Both the position numbers and the translations under genes were made by a program. Of a stretch of 64,000 bases of DNA, positions 1-13,237 are shown in pieces. The stretch lies in NCBI GenBank assembly GCA_964016885.1, contig OZ024743.1:271746001-271810000 (forward strand). The letters are read 5' to 3'. The DNA is from Eledone cirrhosa. Its lineage: Eukaryota. Under the pieces are notes generated by a model, which searched no databases, had not been told where the DNA came from, and was given only the letters and a program-made list of their open reading frames with translations. The first letter of the stretch is position 1. Each line of letters starts with the position of its first letter.

Positions 1-1300
1 GGAATTCAAATATATCACCAATGTCTACGTTGCCAAATGCATACTGGAGCATTCCACAGAATAAAGCAAAAAGAACAGGAGCCATGACAAAACTTTGATT
101 CATACTGTTTGTGACACCAAAGGGTTCAGAGCATTCATCATTTGAGATAATTGAGGTTTCCATGCCCTCATCAAAAGACATGATAATGTTCAGCATTTTG
201 TCAAATATATCAAGCTTTCTGAGGATTTTCCAGAGCACTTTGCGATTGACAGTGTCAAAGGCTTTGGTCAAATCGTCACAACCATAAACAGTTTCTGGTT
301 CTTTTCATGAACCTTCTCTGCAACCTGGCAAAGGGAGAAGATTGTAACAATAGTAACAAGAACTGTGCAGAAACTACATTGTTTTTCAGGGTAGATATCA
401 ACAAGTACCTTATCAGCAATACAGAGAAGGAAGATGCCACGAGAGTTGTCACAGATAGATTCTGTTTACCTTTGTTCTTGAAGAGATGAATTATAGATGT
501 ATCTCTGAAATCTTGAGTGACATGTTCGACCTTCTGGATTTCCAGAAATAGCCGAAGAGGCTTACAAATCAGTTCTTGACCACCAATTGAATATTTCAGG
601 TGGGATGCCATCTTTACCAGGAGCTTTATTGGATGATAGTTGTGTGATAGCAGCTTGTATTTCCTTCAATCTTGGATTAATGCTAATTTGGCCTTTGTCG
701 GAAAGATGATATTACATTTTCATCTACATTTGACTCAGCATTTAGGACTTTTCCAAAGTGTTCCTTCCATTGAGAGAGTATCTCAGCTTTGTTTGCGTAC
801 AGAGTTGTATCATCACAAGATTGAACTGGGTTTGACCTTCCCTCCCTTAAACCATACATCACCTTCAGACCATTATAAAAGGCTTTATATTAGCAATGTC
901 TTGTAGTTCAGCTGCTTTGGCTACCCACCAGGCATTTTTCATCTTTCTAAGTGATGGCTGTGCCTGCTGCTTACAATCTTTATAGATTTTCTTTTCAGTT
1001 CTTGAGTTTTTCTCTCCACTCAAAGCCTGTGTAGGTTATGCATCTAACTGATAAAGTTCTGGACATCTAACTTGCTTTCATCAAACCAGTACTGGTATTT
1101 TTTCATAGGAAATCATGAGATTTCTACGGAGACAGAATAGGTGGCATCTTTGAGTGCTTTCCAGGAAGCCTCAATGTCATCAGAAATCTGGACATTGTGA
1201 CAACTCTCGTGGCATCTTCCTTCCCCACAGGTTGTTGAAAAATCACCTTTCTCATCAAGAAAGCTTGGTGGAGTTGCTTGTTTTGTCACAAATGATCTGG
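1..1300 (-). mobile_element. Degraded RTE/BovB-like LINE fragment (RT region), running off the window edge
   Basis: ORF 276..611 has FRDTSIIHLFKNKG; minus-strand reading near 245-275 gives DLTKAFDTVNR; ORF 1113..1304 has IEASWKALKDA (EN-RT linker); frameshifted. Confidence 0.8.
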
Positions 1301-1349
1301 CCATGTGATAGGTTATACTGGGTTACATGTTACTAGTAGTGTTCATAAG

Positions 1350-1820
1350 TGCCAGATGTCTCGGACCTGAGTCATCGCCTTTGAGAGGTGCAATTGGGCA
1401 AGGTCAGCTTTTATCACTCAGGTCTTCTTGAGTTTCCTACTCCAAGGCTTCCATCGACTTTTAGTGCTCTGCACCTTTTTATGCAGCTGTCATCCTTCAT
1501 ACACATCACATGTCCATACCAATGCAATCTCCTCTCCTGCACACAGCATTTGATTCCTCTTATGCTTAGTCTCTCTGACAATTCATTTATGCTTTGCCGT
1601 TCACGTATATCACCATTACACATCCATCAGAGCATGCAAGCTTCATTTCTTTCTTATCTATGCAAGTCTTCTGCACACAACGCCCAGGTCTCACTATCAT
1701 GTAACATTGCTGTTTGTATGCACGCATCATACAGTCTGTCTTTCATTTTGAGGGAAAGACTTTCGCAGCTAACAGTGGTAGTTGCTCCCTGAACTTCTTC
1801 CATCCTATTCTTACCCTGGT
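1350..1820 (-). mobile_element. RTE LINE 3' ORF fragment (family of 27392..29266)
   Basis: ORFs 1414..1623 and 1654..1884 contain ERLSIRGIKCCVQERRLHWYGHV and LKMKDRLYDACIQTAMLH, nearly the same as the C-terminus of 27392..29266. Confidence 0.9.
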
Positions 1821-1864
<44 letters not shown>

Positions 1865-1884
1865 ATTGAGGTTGGTAATGGCAC

Positions 1885-2460
1885 ATGGAATATATAAGAG
1901 ACAAAAACCTCCCCATCCTACTTAAAGATGTAAAAATGAAGTCTATTCTTGAAACACACAAGATCCTTAAAAGTAAAAGACAACCCAAATCACTAAAACG
2001 CATTCTCACTGGACCAAATATACCCAAACCAATCCTCAACCCTACAGTTACCAAATGTGGTAGAACAAACTGTGGAACGTGCCTCTACCTCACTGAAGGA
2101 CAAAAATTTACATTTAAAGATGGCCAAACATTTACAGTAAAAAACAATTTCACCTGCAACTCGGAGAACTTGATTTACGCAATAACATGCGGTGGGTGCA
2201 AACACAACTACATAGGACAGACGGGTACCTCATTACGCAAAAGAATGACCATCCACCGCCAACAAATCCGGGACGCTAACACAAGAAAAATCCCCTTGAG
2301 CAGCCATATTGCGAACTGCGCAGGAATGACACTACCCAACTTTAAAATCTTCCCCTTCTACAAGTGCTCAGATTCGTTCACACAGCAACAAAGAATAAAC
2401 AAAGAAAATCTATTCCTTAACAAATTTAAACCAAAACTAAACGGGTTATCACCCCAATAG
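1885..2460 (+). pseudogene. Penelope-like element GIY-YIG endonuclease domain (5'-truncated ORF)
   Basis: KCGRTNCGTC linker, then NLIYAITCGGCKHNYIGQT..RKRMTIH..LSSH: GIY-YIG core with the CxxC/H/H zinc motif of Neptune/Naiad-type PLEs. Confidence 0.85.
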
Positions 2461-2779
2461 AATTGTCATAAAATATAAACACACATACGCACGGAGTGAC
2501 AGATATATGTGTGTGTATGTGTGCATGTATATAATTATCACTACTATTAAAGACCAGAGACCAATTTTGTAGAACCAGGTTTATTCGTTGACAGACCATG
2601 CCTTTGTGTGACCAACACATCCATGTTAAACCCTGCACGTGCACACACATATATCTATATATATATGCGCACACAGAATTCACCACTGTCGGTTGCGGGG
2701 CCCAATCTACATGAAAAACTCAATGTGATCAGAATGACTTGTATTTTAATTTCACTGTCCTAACTTCTTATATTATGGA

Positions 2780-3114
2780 AAAAATATATGTGTATGTATG
2801 TATATATATATATATTTGGAGGCCATTTCTCTATGTCTGTGGGTGTATGTATGTGTATGTGTGTGTGTGTGTGTGTATGTGTGTGCATGTGGATGTATGT
2901 ATGTGTATGTATTGTGTGTGTGTGTGTATGTATGTGTGTATCTGGATGTATGCGTATGTGTATATATATGTGTGTGTGTGTATATATATGTGTGTGTATG
3001 TGTATATATGTGTGTGTGTGTTTGTATGTGTGTATGTATGTATATATGTGTGTGTATGTATGTGTGTGTGTGTGTATATATATATGTGTATATATATGTG
3101 TGTATATATGTGTA

Positions 3115-3181
<67 letters not shown>

Positions 3182-3395
3182 GTGTATCTGGATGTATGTG
3201 TATATGTATATATATGTGAGTGTGTTTATATATATATGTGTGTATGTGTGTATATATGTGTGTGTGTATGTGTGTATGTATATGTATGTGTGTGTGTATG
3301 TATGTGTGTATATGTATATATATGTATATATATATATATATATGTATGTATATGTATATGTATGTGTGTGTGGATGAGGGTATGTGTGTATATAT
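2780..3395. repeat. Compound (TG)/(TA)/(TATG) microsatellite
   Basis: Direct inspection; source of the CVYI/HTYI pseudo-ORFs. Confidence 0.95.
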
Positions 3396-3706
3396 AGGTG
3401 TAAGTGCACTAAATCCCTTTCTATCACTCTCCCCTCTCCTACCGACCACAGGGAGATATATGTATGTATATTGCTTCCACCCCCTCACTGACCAGCAGCT
3501 GGCCATCTGGCCATTGCTAAATCTGACCTTTATAAAATAACCCACTCCCCCAAATAACTCCCCATTCACTACCAGAAAGGCACACAGCAGTCAACTTGCT
3601 GCTACCAAGATGAAAACTACTATGAAATCCCACACTGAATTTTATACTTGAATTTTCAAATCTCAAATTTTAACTCTTCTTATTATTAATTTTCTTAATA
3701 TTAATC

Positions 3707-3754
3707 AACATTTGAAAAGATGGCTTTTGCAGACCCATCGAAACCGGTCATTTT
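3707..3754 (+). ncRNA. Minimal type I hammerhead ribozyme motif, U3-A8 variant, stem I degenerate
   Basis: aacat-TTGAAAA-gatgg(11 nt)ccatc-GAAA-CCGG-TC-atttt: 5-bp stem II, palindromic ACCGGT stem III, GUC triplet. Confidence 0.6.
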
Positions 3755-3892
3755 TTATACCCTTTATTATTTCCTTACCTTATAAAATTATATGTTTTTT
3801 CACAAAAAAGTATTCTGTCTCTTATATATTCCATGTGCCATTACTAACCTCAATTCTCTCTATAACGTTCGTTTTGTGTAGAAACTTACACT

Positions 3893-4004
<112 letters not shown>

Positions 4005-4042
4005 AAACAAAGAATCAGTGATGCATCGGAACACAATTTATT

Positions 4043-4137
4043 AATGTATTTCAATTGTTTCTCCGGTGAACAGCTCGAGGTGCGATCTATTTGTGGATCA
4101 AACCTGACTCTGGATTCGCAAGTTCCTCAGATACGTC
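4043..4137 (-). ncRNA. Inverted copy of the same hammerhead, probably inactive
   Basis: Minus strand reads gacgtat-CTGAGGA...GAAACAATTGAA-atacatt; the conserved U of the NUH triplet is changed to A. Confidence 0.6.
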
Positions 4138-4732
4138 TAGTGACTTCAAAGCAAATCCTCTGTCTGTTGGACTCCGACCTGTAGAATTTCTATCATCTGC
4201 CATCATCCTGTTTGCGCAGCCCGTCGATTGTTCAAGAGTTCGAGACGTCATCTGTATGTATGACCATTTGAAGCTGGCCACTGACCAACTCCATTCAGGC
4301 GTGAGCTGTCACTCACCTTAATTCTGTCGTCAGAATTACTGCTACATGGGCGAGGGGTTATGATCTGCCTTACCAGTCCCTAGCTTGCCCGTCGCCCCAC
4401 ACATACACACCCACACAAACGTGTGCTCACACATAGACAGACATTCCGAGCTCCTGGGGACACACACACACCACGTGTATGCTCATGCGTTTGCGCACAC
4501 ACATACACATGTATATATTAACCCCTCCTTTATAGGTACATGCATACACATATATACGCACACTTGTACACATACACGGACCCACAGATATACATATATA
4601 TATCCATACATACACACACATATATATACACATATATACACACCCATATACACATACGCACACACATACATATACCTGCGTGTACATATGCACGCAACCA
4701 AGCCTACTCTTATACACACATGTATACATATA

Positions 4733-4800
<68 letters not shown>

Positions 4801-6076
4801 CACACACACACATAGGCCCACGTGCACACACATATATAAATACAGACATTCCCAGATGTGCGCGCGCGTGTGTCTGTGTGTATGCATGACCCTGCGTGCA
4901 CTCTTGTACACATAGATTATATACTCATATAGACACACACCCATATACACCTTGAGTAGGCCGGCTTAGGGTGTTAACCAGAGATACTCCACGTATAAAC
5001 CACATATAAACAAAATACATACATATGAAAAGAAACTGTACAGAACTATTTAGAAAGTACATAGAAACATGCATATAATGCTGTAGAAACATGCATATAA
5101 TAGAAACATGCATATAATACACAAAGAAAATTTACGTGAAGAAACACATAAAATATACAAAAAAGTGCATATAAGGAATACGTCAAAGAATGCACACAAC
5201 ATCTCCCATAGCAGTATATACGTAAATGCAGACACACTTTAATGCACACGTTGAGTGAGTTGGCATTAGGGTGTTAACGTGAAATAATCCACATACAGAA
5301 ACCATATAAACAAAATTACATATGGGAAACTCATAGGAACAATGCAAAGGATATACATAAAAAATATATAAAAAATACATATGAGGATGTACATGAAAAA
5401 ATACATAAAACATTACATATTGGAATACGTAGAGAAAACACATACACTACATAAAAAAAATATATGCAGGGAATACGCAAAAACAGTTTGTAATGGAGTA
5501 TGGTACTGTGGCTGAAACAGAGTGCTGGGTGAGACGGGATTGAGTATACCCATGAAAATTAAACTGCCATGTCCTGGCTATTGCGATGGCGGTATTTAAG
5601 ATAAAGTACAAAACCAAATGTGCAGCATTGGGTGTATTGACATGCTCCACACGACATACATAGTCATCAAAGGTATGATGTCGGATCCGATGGATCCGCG
5701 CCACCACGCCGACTGACGTCCGAGCCCCCGTATGGCTCTAGTTGGGGCCATCAGGAGGTACCCATGTGGAAAGTGTGCACTTTTGTTGGTGTCTACATGC
5801 CATGATGATCTCCGATTTCAGGTTGACTGCGTCATCTTTTAATCTCACTATCTCCATGGCCTCGGACAGGCACAGCCTGCACTTCCCATTGCCGGCCGAA
5901 TATGCATTAGCACGTTGAACAATACTCCAGTCCTTCAAGTCCCATATCAGGTCTGCCAGTCCAGTGGAGTGTCTCTTGCTCCGGTCCTTTAAAAGTTTCA
6001 TGTGATTGTACATCCTCGGTTTAAAGGTCATAAAGGTTGGAGTCCAACAGACAGAGGATTTGCTTCGAAGTCACTA

Positions 6077-6171
6077 GACGTATCTGAGGAACTTGCGAAT
6101 CCAGAGTCAGGTTCGATCCACGAATAGATCGCACCTCGAGCTGTTCGCCAGAGAAACAATTGTAATACGTT
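6077..6171 (+). ncRNA. Type I hammerhead ribozyme with enlarged (62 nt) stem II domain
   Basis: gacgtat-CTGAGGA-[62 nt, gcgaa/ttcgc closing helix]-GAAA-C-AATT-G-TA^atacgtt; stem I acgtat/atacgt; predicted cut after 6164. Confidence 0.75.
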
Positions 6172-6316
6172 AATAAATTGTGTTCTGATGCATCACTGAT
6201 TCTTCGTTTTCCATATTATTATACTCTGCTCCATAGGAGCATAGAGTGCTCAACTGGCATGCCGCCTATGGACACATCCAAGCAACCTTACTACAAATAT
6301 ATATATATATATATAT

Positions 6317-7471
6317 GGGATAATAAGTTATCGTTATAGGTTATCTAGTTAGAGGTTGTGAGTACTCTGTATTGTGGATAGTTTTAAAATACGGCGTTGT
6401 TTGACTCAACAAGAGGTTTCCATAATTAGGTAGCGAGTTCGCGAGAATCCTATGCAGGTTATTCTTGGAGTAATAATAGTGAAAGATTGAAGGATAACAT
6501 GGTCGGCTGAACAAAAAGAGTTTTATTTCAAGTATTAACAATTGTTTCATTGATCAGGTGAGTCTAAAGGCCACTAATCACTCGAAGTTGCATCACTCGA
6601 CCTTAAATACAGTGTTTACCTCTGATCAAATCATCAGAATACTAGAGATTTCACATATGGCAATGGTATATATAGAGATACAGCGTAGAATCAAAACAAT
6701 AACATCAATAATAAAAGATAATGATAAAGAGGTAAAGAAGATAGAATGAAGATGGTACAGATGTAAAAAATAAGTTAAAAAAATAAGTACAGAATGCGAT
6801 TGCTGATAATAGTGGTGGTAGTGAGTAAGTGTATGTGTAAAGATAATACTAACATGAAAAGCAACATCAAATAGATACATATATACGTGGTGGTCAAATC
6901 TCAGAGGGTTAGGGTAGAAGATAAAAAATAGTAACAAATGACAGATAAAAGATAAAAAATAATAAATTAAAAATTAAATGAGAGGGGAAGAGATACGAGG
7001 ATGAGACATAAGGATGGGGAAGTAGATTGGTAGATAGAGGATAAGAATCGAGAGGGAGAGTTTTGATATATATATGTGTGGTAAATATCTAGCATGTTAA
7101 TTGTCTTATCTTAATGGGGTTGATGTGGCTTTAGGGAGAAAGAGTGAAAGAAAGGTTAGGAGATTTATGATGTTGATCTAGTGACCAGTCGGTCAGTTGA
7201 CAGCTAATAACAGTGGGGTGGTATGTAGTCAGTACATTAAAATCCGGGTGGTTCAGCTCGAATTTTGAGATTGCTGGATCGAATCATGTCGGTTTGAAAT
7301 TTGCGAACTTGGTAGCTGCTTTGTGCCTACAGAAAATTGATCCTTCTATTTTGTTGTCACTTCGAGTGATTAGCGGCCTTTAGACTCACCTGATCAATGA
7401 AACAATTGTTAATACTTGAAATAAAACCCTTTTTGTACAGCCGACCATGTTATTCTTCAATCTTTCACTAT
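6317..7471 (-). mobile_element. Heavily 5'-truncated PLE with inverted pseudo-LTR
   Basis: Inverted repeats 6476-6588 / 7359-7471; minus strand 7355..7284 encodes NKIEGSIFCRHKAATKFANFKPT*, matching the PLE C-terminal CxH tail; (TA)n on both flanks. Confidence 0.8.
6531..6643 (-). ncRNA. Type I hammerhead ribozyme with enlarged (82 nt) stem II domain
   Basis: Minus strand: agtatt-CTGATGA-t-ttgatcag...ctgatcaa-t-GAAA-C-AATT-G-TT^aatact; perfect 6-bp stem I, 8-bp stem II base. Confidence 0.8.
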
Positions 7472-7499
7472 ATATATATATATATATGTGTATAAAAAA

Positions 7500-8212
7500 A
7501 TATTTTTGCTGTATTCAAATGTCTTTGAATTTTTAATAATTACCAATAAATGAAGCACTGAATACCAACATCTTTGCCTCTTTGATTTTGCTATGTATGT
7601 ATGTATGTTATCTCTTTCTCTTAATTTCGAGTATATTTTTTTGACCGGCCACCTTCCTGGTGGCAAGGTTGTAAAAGAAAAGAAATTGTCATCCCTTGAA
7701 TCGCAAGAATGTTTTGCAAATTTTGAAGGTGCCAGCTATCGCAGCCATTTGTAGACTATGAATTAGGGAGCTGCGCTCTTTGTCCGCAAATCCAAGTTCA
7801 GTCATACTTTGGTCCAAGCGGGTTGGTATATAACCCGTAGCTCCAATAATGATGGGTATGAAGCTAAAGGTGTATCTTGGATACTGGATTTGTAAACTCC
7901 TCATCAATGGTCCGTAGATGTCCTCCTTCTCCTGTATTTTTCTGACAACATTTACATCAAGTGGGCAGCTGATCTCCACAACAGAACACGTTTTCAACGT
8001 GTGGTCCCAAACAACAATATCAGTCCGGTTGTGCTTTAATTTGGTGGCAGTTTTTATTTTCAGGTTCCACCAGTATTCCTTAGTGCCATCTGTCTCAATA
8101 TATTCTTCCTCGTTTGTTGTTAATTTTGTTTTCCGAAGTGCGTTCCAGACGGTTCTAGCTATCCCATCGTGTCTCATGGGGAGGTAGTAGCAAGATGACA
8201 TTCTTTCGCAGC
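7500..8212 (-). mobile_element. R4/Dong-like non-LTR retrotransposon 3' fragment (restriction-like endonuclease)
   Basis: ORF 7689..8201: RHDGIA..KHNRTDIVVWD..VEISCP..KEDIY..IPIIIGATG (RLE PD-(D/E)xK type). Confidence 0.85.
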
Positions 8213-8295
8213 TATGTATGTATGTATGTATGTATGTATGTATGTATGTATGTATGTATGTATGTATGTATGTATGTATGTATGTATGTATGTAT

Positions 8296-8892
8296 TACTG
8301 GTAACATGTATCCCAGTACAACCTGTCTCATGGTCGGGTCGTTGGCGACTAAACTGGCAACCCCACCAAGGGTTCTTGGTGAGGAGGGTGACTTTGGACA
8401 TCCTGCAGGACTAAAAACAAAACCTGTCAAAGGGAAAAGGAGCTCTTAAGAGTCAATGGCCATCCAAAATCACCGGGAGAGATGACCCCTTAGCCTTTGT
8501 CAAGGCAGAATTCTAGGAGAAGGAAACCTCTGATATAACACCTGCAACTCTGATGGTATCCAATGATGTTGACTTGTTCTTCTTTTTGGTAAATATCATC
8601 TTGGTCAAGAGAGTGGGACTGGCTTTGTGCAGTGCCTTTGCTCACTATAAAAGCTTCATGGCACAGGCATTGCTTTATATCTGGAGATCTCTCTGCACTT
8701 GTCGTCACATGGGACCAGCACTATGTGTCAATGATTATCACAAGTGTAGTGTTTGTACCAGAGTTTTCAAGTCGCTGGCTGGACTAAAAAGTCACACACG
8801 TTCAGCGCATCGGTAGGGGTTCTCCTACATGGATATAAAGTAGTGGCCGTACTCGAAAACGAGTTGGCAGCCACCATGTATGTATGTATGTA
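8296..8892 (+). mobile_element. Short RTE/BovB-related element (putative 5' UTR joined to 3' end) in a (TATG)n tract
   Basis: 3' part encodes a C2H2-like CSVCTRVFKSLAGLKSH and ends ctcgaaaacgagttggcagccacc+(ATGT)n; a related 3' end lies at 24345-24470 (-). Confidence 0.55.
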
Positions 8893-9039
8893 TGAATGTA
8901 TGGTATAAGAAATGAGGAGGGGTTCAAGGCTTCTTGAATTCTACCTTGTTCTTGACCATCTGCATAACTTCAAGTACCCAGCTAAACACCTGATTATTTG
9001 CCAATCAGTGGGGGCATAAAAGCTGAATAAACTTCCTTC

Positions 9040-10490
9040 TCATCAGGAAACGAGGTAGGTGAATGGTTGTAAATAAAAAATCCTTCCCTGGAGAAGATTG
9101 TTCATGCCAACATAGAGTAATTGTCAGTGAACTTGGAATGAAGGCTTAATAAACTTAGAGAATTCCCAGTTGGTAACAAATTCAGAGAAATCCTACAGAA
9201 ATCCTATGGCAGTAAGAAAGAGGAATTAGTGAGCAATAACAGAGAAAAATTGAGAATTCTTATGAGACAACCTATTGAAAGCTATGGACCAGATCTGTGG
9301 TGCTGGAACAGTTAGGGAAAAGTATATCTGAAATGATAGTGAAACACTTACCTTATCTAATGATGAGAAGAAAGAGGCATGGAAGTCCAACTACAAGAGA
9401 CTATTGAATTGAGTGACCAGCTATAAAAGTTGACAGCAAGGTGATAGACAAAGCAATTAAGGATATGGAAGTAAGGAAGGCAGCTTTAGTTACTGAGAGG
9501 CCCAAGGTTACAAGCTATTCAGATACATAAATAATCAAGTAGTACAAGATGGTGTCATATCCAACGACATCAGTATCATTTTGAACAGCTACAAGGGTAA
9601 AGGAAAGATAACTGAAGAAGCATCAAGTTGATGGACCTTATCATGAAAGTTACTGAAATAGTTGTGGCATAACTAAGTAAGAAAGAGTTAAGTTAGAAGA
9701 TATGCAATTCAGCTTTATACCAGGTTGGGGAACTACTGATGCCCTTTGTTTGGTGAAACAACTGCAGGTGAAGTACTTGGCTAAGAGTAAGCCATTGTAT
9801 TTGGCTTTTTTGTGGATCAGGAGAAGGCATTAGCAGAATCGTCCACTCTGTAATCTGGAGGGCAGCAAAGTGTGGATGAATGGATCATGTGTGAGACATG
9901 TATAAAAGTGCAACCAGCAAAGTGAGAGTTGTTAGGAGTTACAGTGATGAATTTGAATTGCAGGTGGAGGTTCACCAAGGCTCAATCCTCATCCCACTTC
10001 TGTTTATTATTGTACTTCAAGCCATTCTAGAAGAGTTTAAAACTGTATGCCATGGGAACTCCTTGTACACTGATGATCTAATCCTTAGAGCTGAATTTGT
10101 GGGAGAGTTAGAGGAAACATTCTAGGCATGGAAGGAGAACCTAGAATCGAAATTTAAAAGTAAACTTAGCAATGAGGCAACATTTTAATAAGTAGGAAAA
10201 GAAGACAAGACTCTGATACCACCAGGGAAGTAGCCTTGTTTGATGTGTCAAAAAGGGGTAGAAAGAATTTCCATAAGATGCATACAGTGTAAACTATAGA
10301 TGCACAAGAGATGTAAGGGGATTGCAGACAGGTTTACTGAGAAATGCACCGGAGAAATAACTACTAAGATCACACATGAAATTGATTCTCTCAGCTGCAA
10401 GGGAGGTTCTCGAGAAGTTGTTGACAGCTTTTGTTACCTAGAAAACCTAATCAGCAGTGGGGGAGGATGCTCTTAAAATGTGAACAACAA
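9040..10490 (+). mobile_element. Degraded RTE LINE copy (older subfamily)
   Basis: ORF 9898..10125 VEVHQGSILIPLLFIIVLQAI..LYTDDL; colinear nucleotide similarity to 26900-28730. Confidence 0.85.
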
Positions 10491-10779
10491 AAGGGGCATC
10501 AGAAACCATCATGGTCCAAGTATTTCCCTTTGGTATTCTTTGTTATATATTATAGCTGGCACACACCCAGTCTATATGTTATTCATGGTGTTTCCTGCAA
10601 ATATCGTAATGAGACCACTCTGACTGAGGGAATTAATTCAATTCTTTCGTCAGTGATCAGATGACCATGTCTTGCTCATACAGAATTATTTCTGGCTTGG
10701 TTTCTACAGTTTTTCTTTCATTACTTAATTTTATTTTTATCCATTTTTAATATTTCCATCATTGTATAACTTTTGTATA

Positions 10780-11165
10780 AATAATTGTTTCCAGTTTTGG
10801 CACAAAGCCAGCAATTTGAAGGGATGGGGAAAGTCGTTTAAATCAATCTCAGTACATTACTGGTACTTATTTTATCAACCCTGTAAAGAATAAAGACAAA
10901 GCTAACCTCAATGGGATTTGAAGTCAGAACATGAAGGGCTGTAACTATATGTCATAAAGCATGTTGTCCGCTACTCTACTGATGCTGCAAATCCACTGCC
11001 CTCTACAGAGTACATAAATAATTGTTTCTACTTTAGGCACAAGGCCAGCAATTACTCAGTGCATTACTGGTACTTTATTTTATCGACCCCGTAAGGATGA
11101 AAGGCAAAGTCAACCTCGGTGGGATTTGAACTCAGATCGTAAAGGGACGTAACTATGCTGGAAAG
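10780..11165 (-). mobile_element. Two adjacent copies of tRNA-derived SINE family A
   Basis: Shared core tactggtactttattttatcgaccccgtaaggatgaaaggcaaagt..gatttgaactc (B-box GAGTTCAAATC on the sense strand). Confidence 0.85.
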
Positions 11166-11322
11166 CACTGGATGGATATCCAAGGTAAAAAGGTTAAGAT
11201 ATTTTATTTATCTAACACATTTCTACAAGAATAAAAGGAAAAAAATATTGTGAAAATATATGTCTATAATATGTGTTCTAATTTCAATGTTTATAAAAAG
11301 ATTTAGTTCTTTCATAAATAGG

Positions 11323-12740
11323 TTCTTCTTCTTCTTCTTCTTCTTCTTCTTCTTCTTCTTCTTCTTCTTCTTCTTCTTCTTCTTCTTTCTGAGAGAGTCA
11401 TTGGAGCAGAGTCCTCAAATTATTCTTCCAGTGGATCCTGTCAGAACCAACTGCCTCCAATTAATTCAGCTGGATCCCCAAGTTTGACCAGCTGAGCTCA
11501 TGAATCTTATCCAACGATCTTGTTTGAGGTATACTCCTGGATCTCTTGCTGGTTGGTTTTGCCTGTAAAATCTGTTCAGCAATTCTTTCCTGAGGCTTTC
11601 TAACCACGTTCCCATAATATCGGAGCTGTGATCTCTCAATTCGGAGAAGTAGTGTTTTTCCTGGAGTGACTTTCTGATCTCTGAGCTATGCTTTCTATCA
11701 AGTAATGCTACTCCAAAACCCTTCAGCCACTTGTATTCGTGATCATATTCATTTGATCATTATCCAACATTCATGACCATAGGGAAGGGTTGGCATGAAT
11801 ACCAATTGAAGATAGTGAGTTTGGCTTTTACACCTACTTCCCTTCTTCTGATTACCAAATGCTCAAGCTCGCGCATTACTGCACCAGCTCCTTCAATTCT
11901 TGTACTTAGTTCAGCCTCTTGCCTCTCATCACCCATGAATAAGGCCTCGAGATACTTGAATTTCTCCATCTGCTTCAGTGGAACTCCATTCACATGTAGA
12001 GTGTACTGCATAGGCTTCCTTGAGATGAAGAGTGTCTCAGTTTTCACAGTACTGATTTTCATTACAGCCATGCAGCACTTGGCATCAAACTTATCAAGTG
12101 CAAGTTGGAGATCCCCTTCTGACAAGATACATAATACTATGTTGCCTGCAAATTCCTGTTGACTGATCCTACACCTGCAAGTCATGATACCACTTCCAAC
12201 CTGGCTGTGCATGTCAATCCTGTTCATTTAAATAATTAACAGGAGAGTATGCGCTCTTTGCGGAGTTTGACTCCCACATTCAATGATTTTGATTTAGCAC
12301 CATTTATCCAAACAAATACTCAGGCATTTATATAGAGACATCAGTGCAACAAGAAGCTGACCATTGATCCCATACTTCTGCAGAACCTTCCATTGCAGGT
12401 CCCATGGAATGAGGTCATATGCCTTTTTGAGGTCTACAAAGCAAGAAAACATCTCTTATCAGTATTCCTGCAATTTCTCAAAGACCTGCCACAGTGTGAA
12501 TATTTGGTCAGTGGTGCTGTGTCTGAGGCAAAAACCACACTGTTCATCAGCTAGTTTGGATTTGACAATCTCCCTACATCTCTTTGTCAAACACTTAGTA
12601 TAGATTTTACCAGGGTAGCTTAACACAGAGATCCCCTTATAATTGAAAAATCTCTCTTGACTTAATTTTTGAAAATTGGGATTATCATTCCTGATTGCCA
12701 TTGCTTAGGAGCTTTTCCAGATATCCAGGCATTATTTGTA
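11323..12740 (-). mobile_element. Second RTE family 3' fragment with (GAA)n tail
   Basis: ORFs 12459..12701 (YKGISVLSYPGKIY..EQCGF..STTDQIF) and 11760..12227 (MKISTVKTE..EKFKYL); (TTC)n at 11323-11388; related 3' ends at 17545-17740 and 62150-62360. Confidence 0.8.
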
Positions 12741-12835
12741 TATTTTATGAAGTCTCTGATGACACATGATTGAGTGGAATTAATGTTTAATATCAAATTC
12801 CATGAGTCAATGCCCATATTATAATATATAGACAT

Positions 12836-13237
12836 ATACCCAATTACACCTCTCAAAGGCGATGACACACGACCGTGACCTCTGGCGTCATGCAGTAATA
12901 CAGAGTACCCGACCTCCCATGGGTACAAGCTGAAGCATATAGACAATATGGCCCCACACCCTCCCACTGCAAGGTGGTCGTGGAGGTGCCACGGCAAAAA
13001 AGCACCCAGCCCACACTGTAAAGTGGACGTGTAGGCGCCACGAAAAAGCACCCAGCACTCACTGTAAATGAGGTTGGTGTTAGGAAGGGCATCCAGCTGT
13101 AGAAATCAAGCCAAATCAGTTCCTGTATGAGCAAGGCATGGTCAGCCAACCAGACACTGCCCACAACAGGACAACCCGTCTAACCAATGCTATAGCGTGG
13201 AAGAACGGACGTAAAACGGTGATGATGATGATGATGA
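12836..13237 (+). mobile_element. Young RTE 3' end, (GAT)n tail
   Basis: Near-identical to 29170-29575. Confidence 0.9.

Noticed and set aside
8312-8360. Possible HDV-like ribozyme (ccagt..ctaa-actgg, gtcg/cgac hairpin) at an RTE-related 5' end
   Set aside because: Could not assign P1 or an adjacent P3/L3 pseudoknot from the sequence
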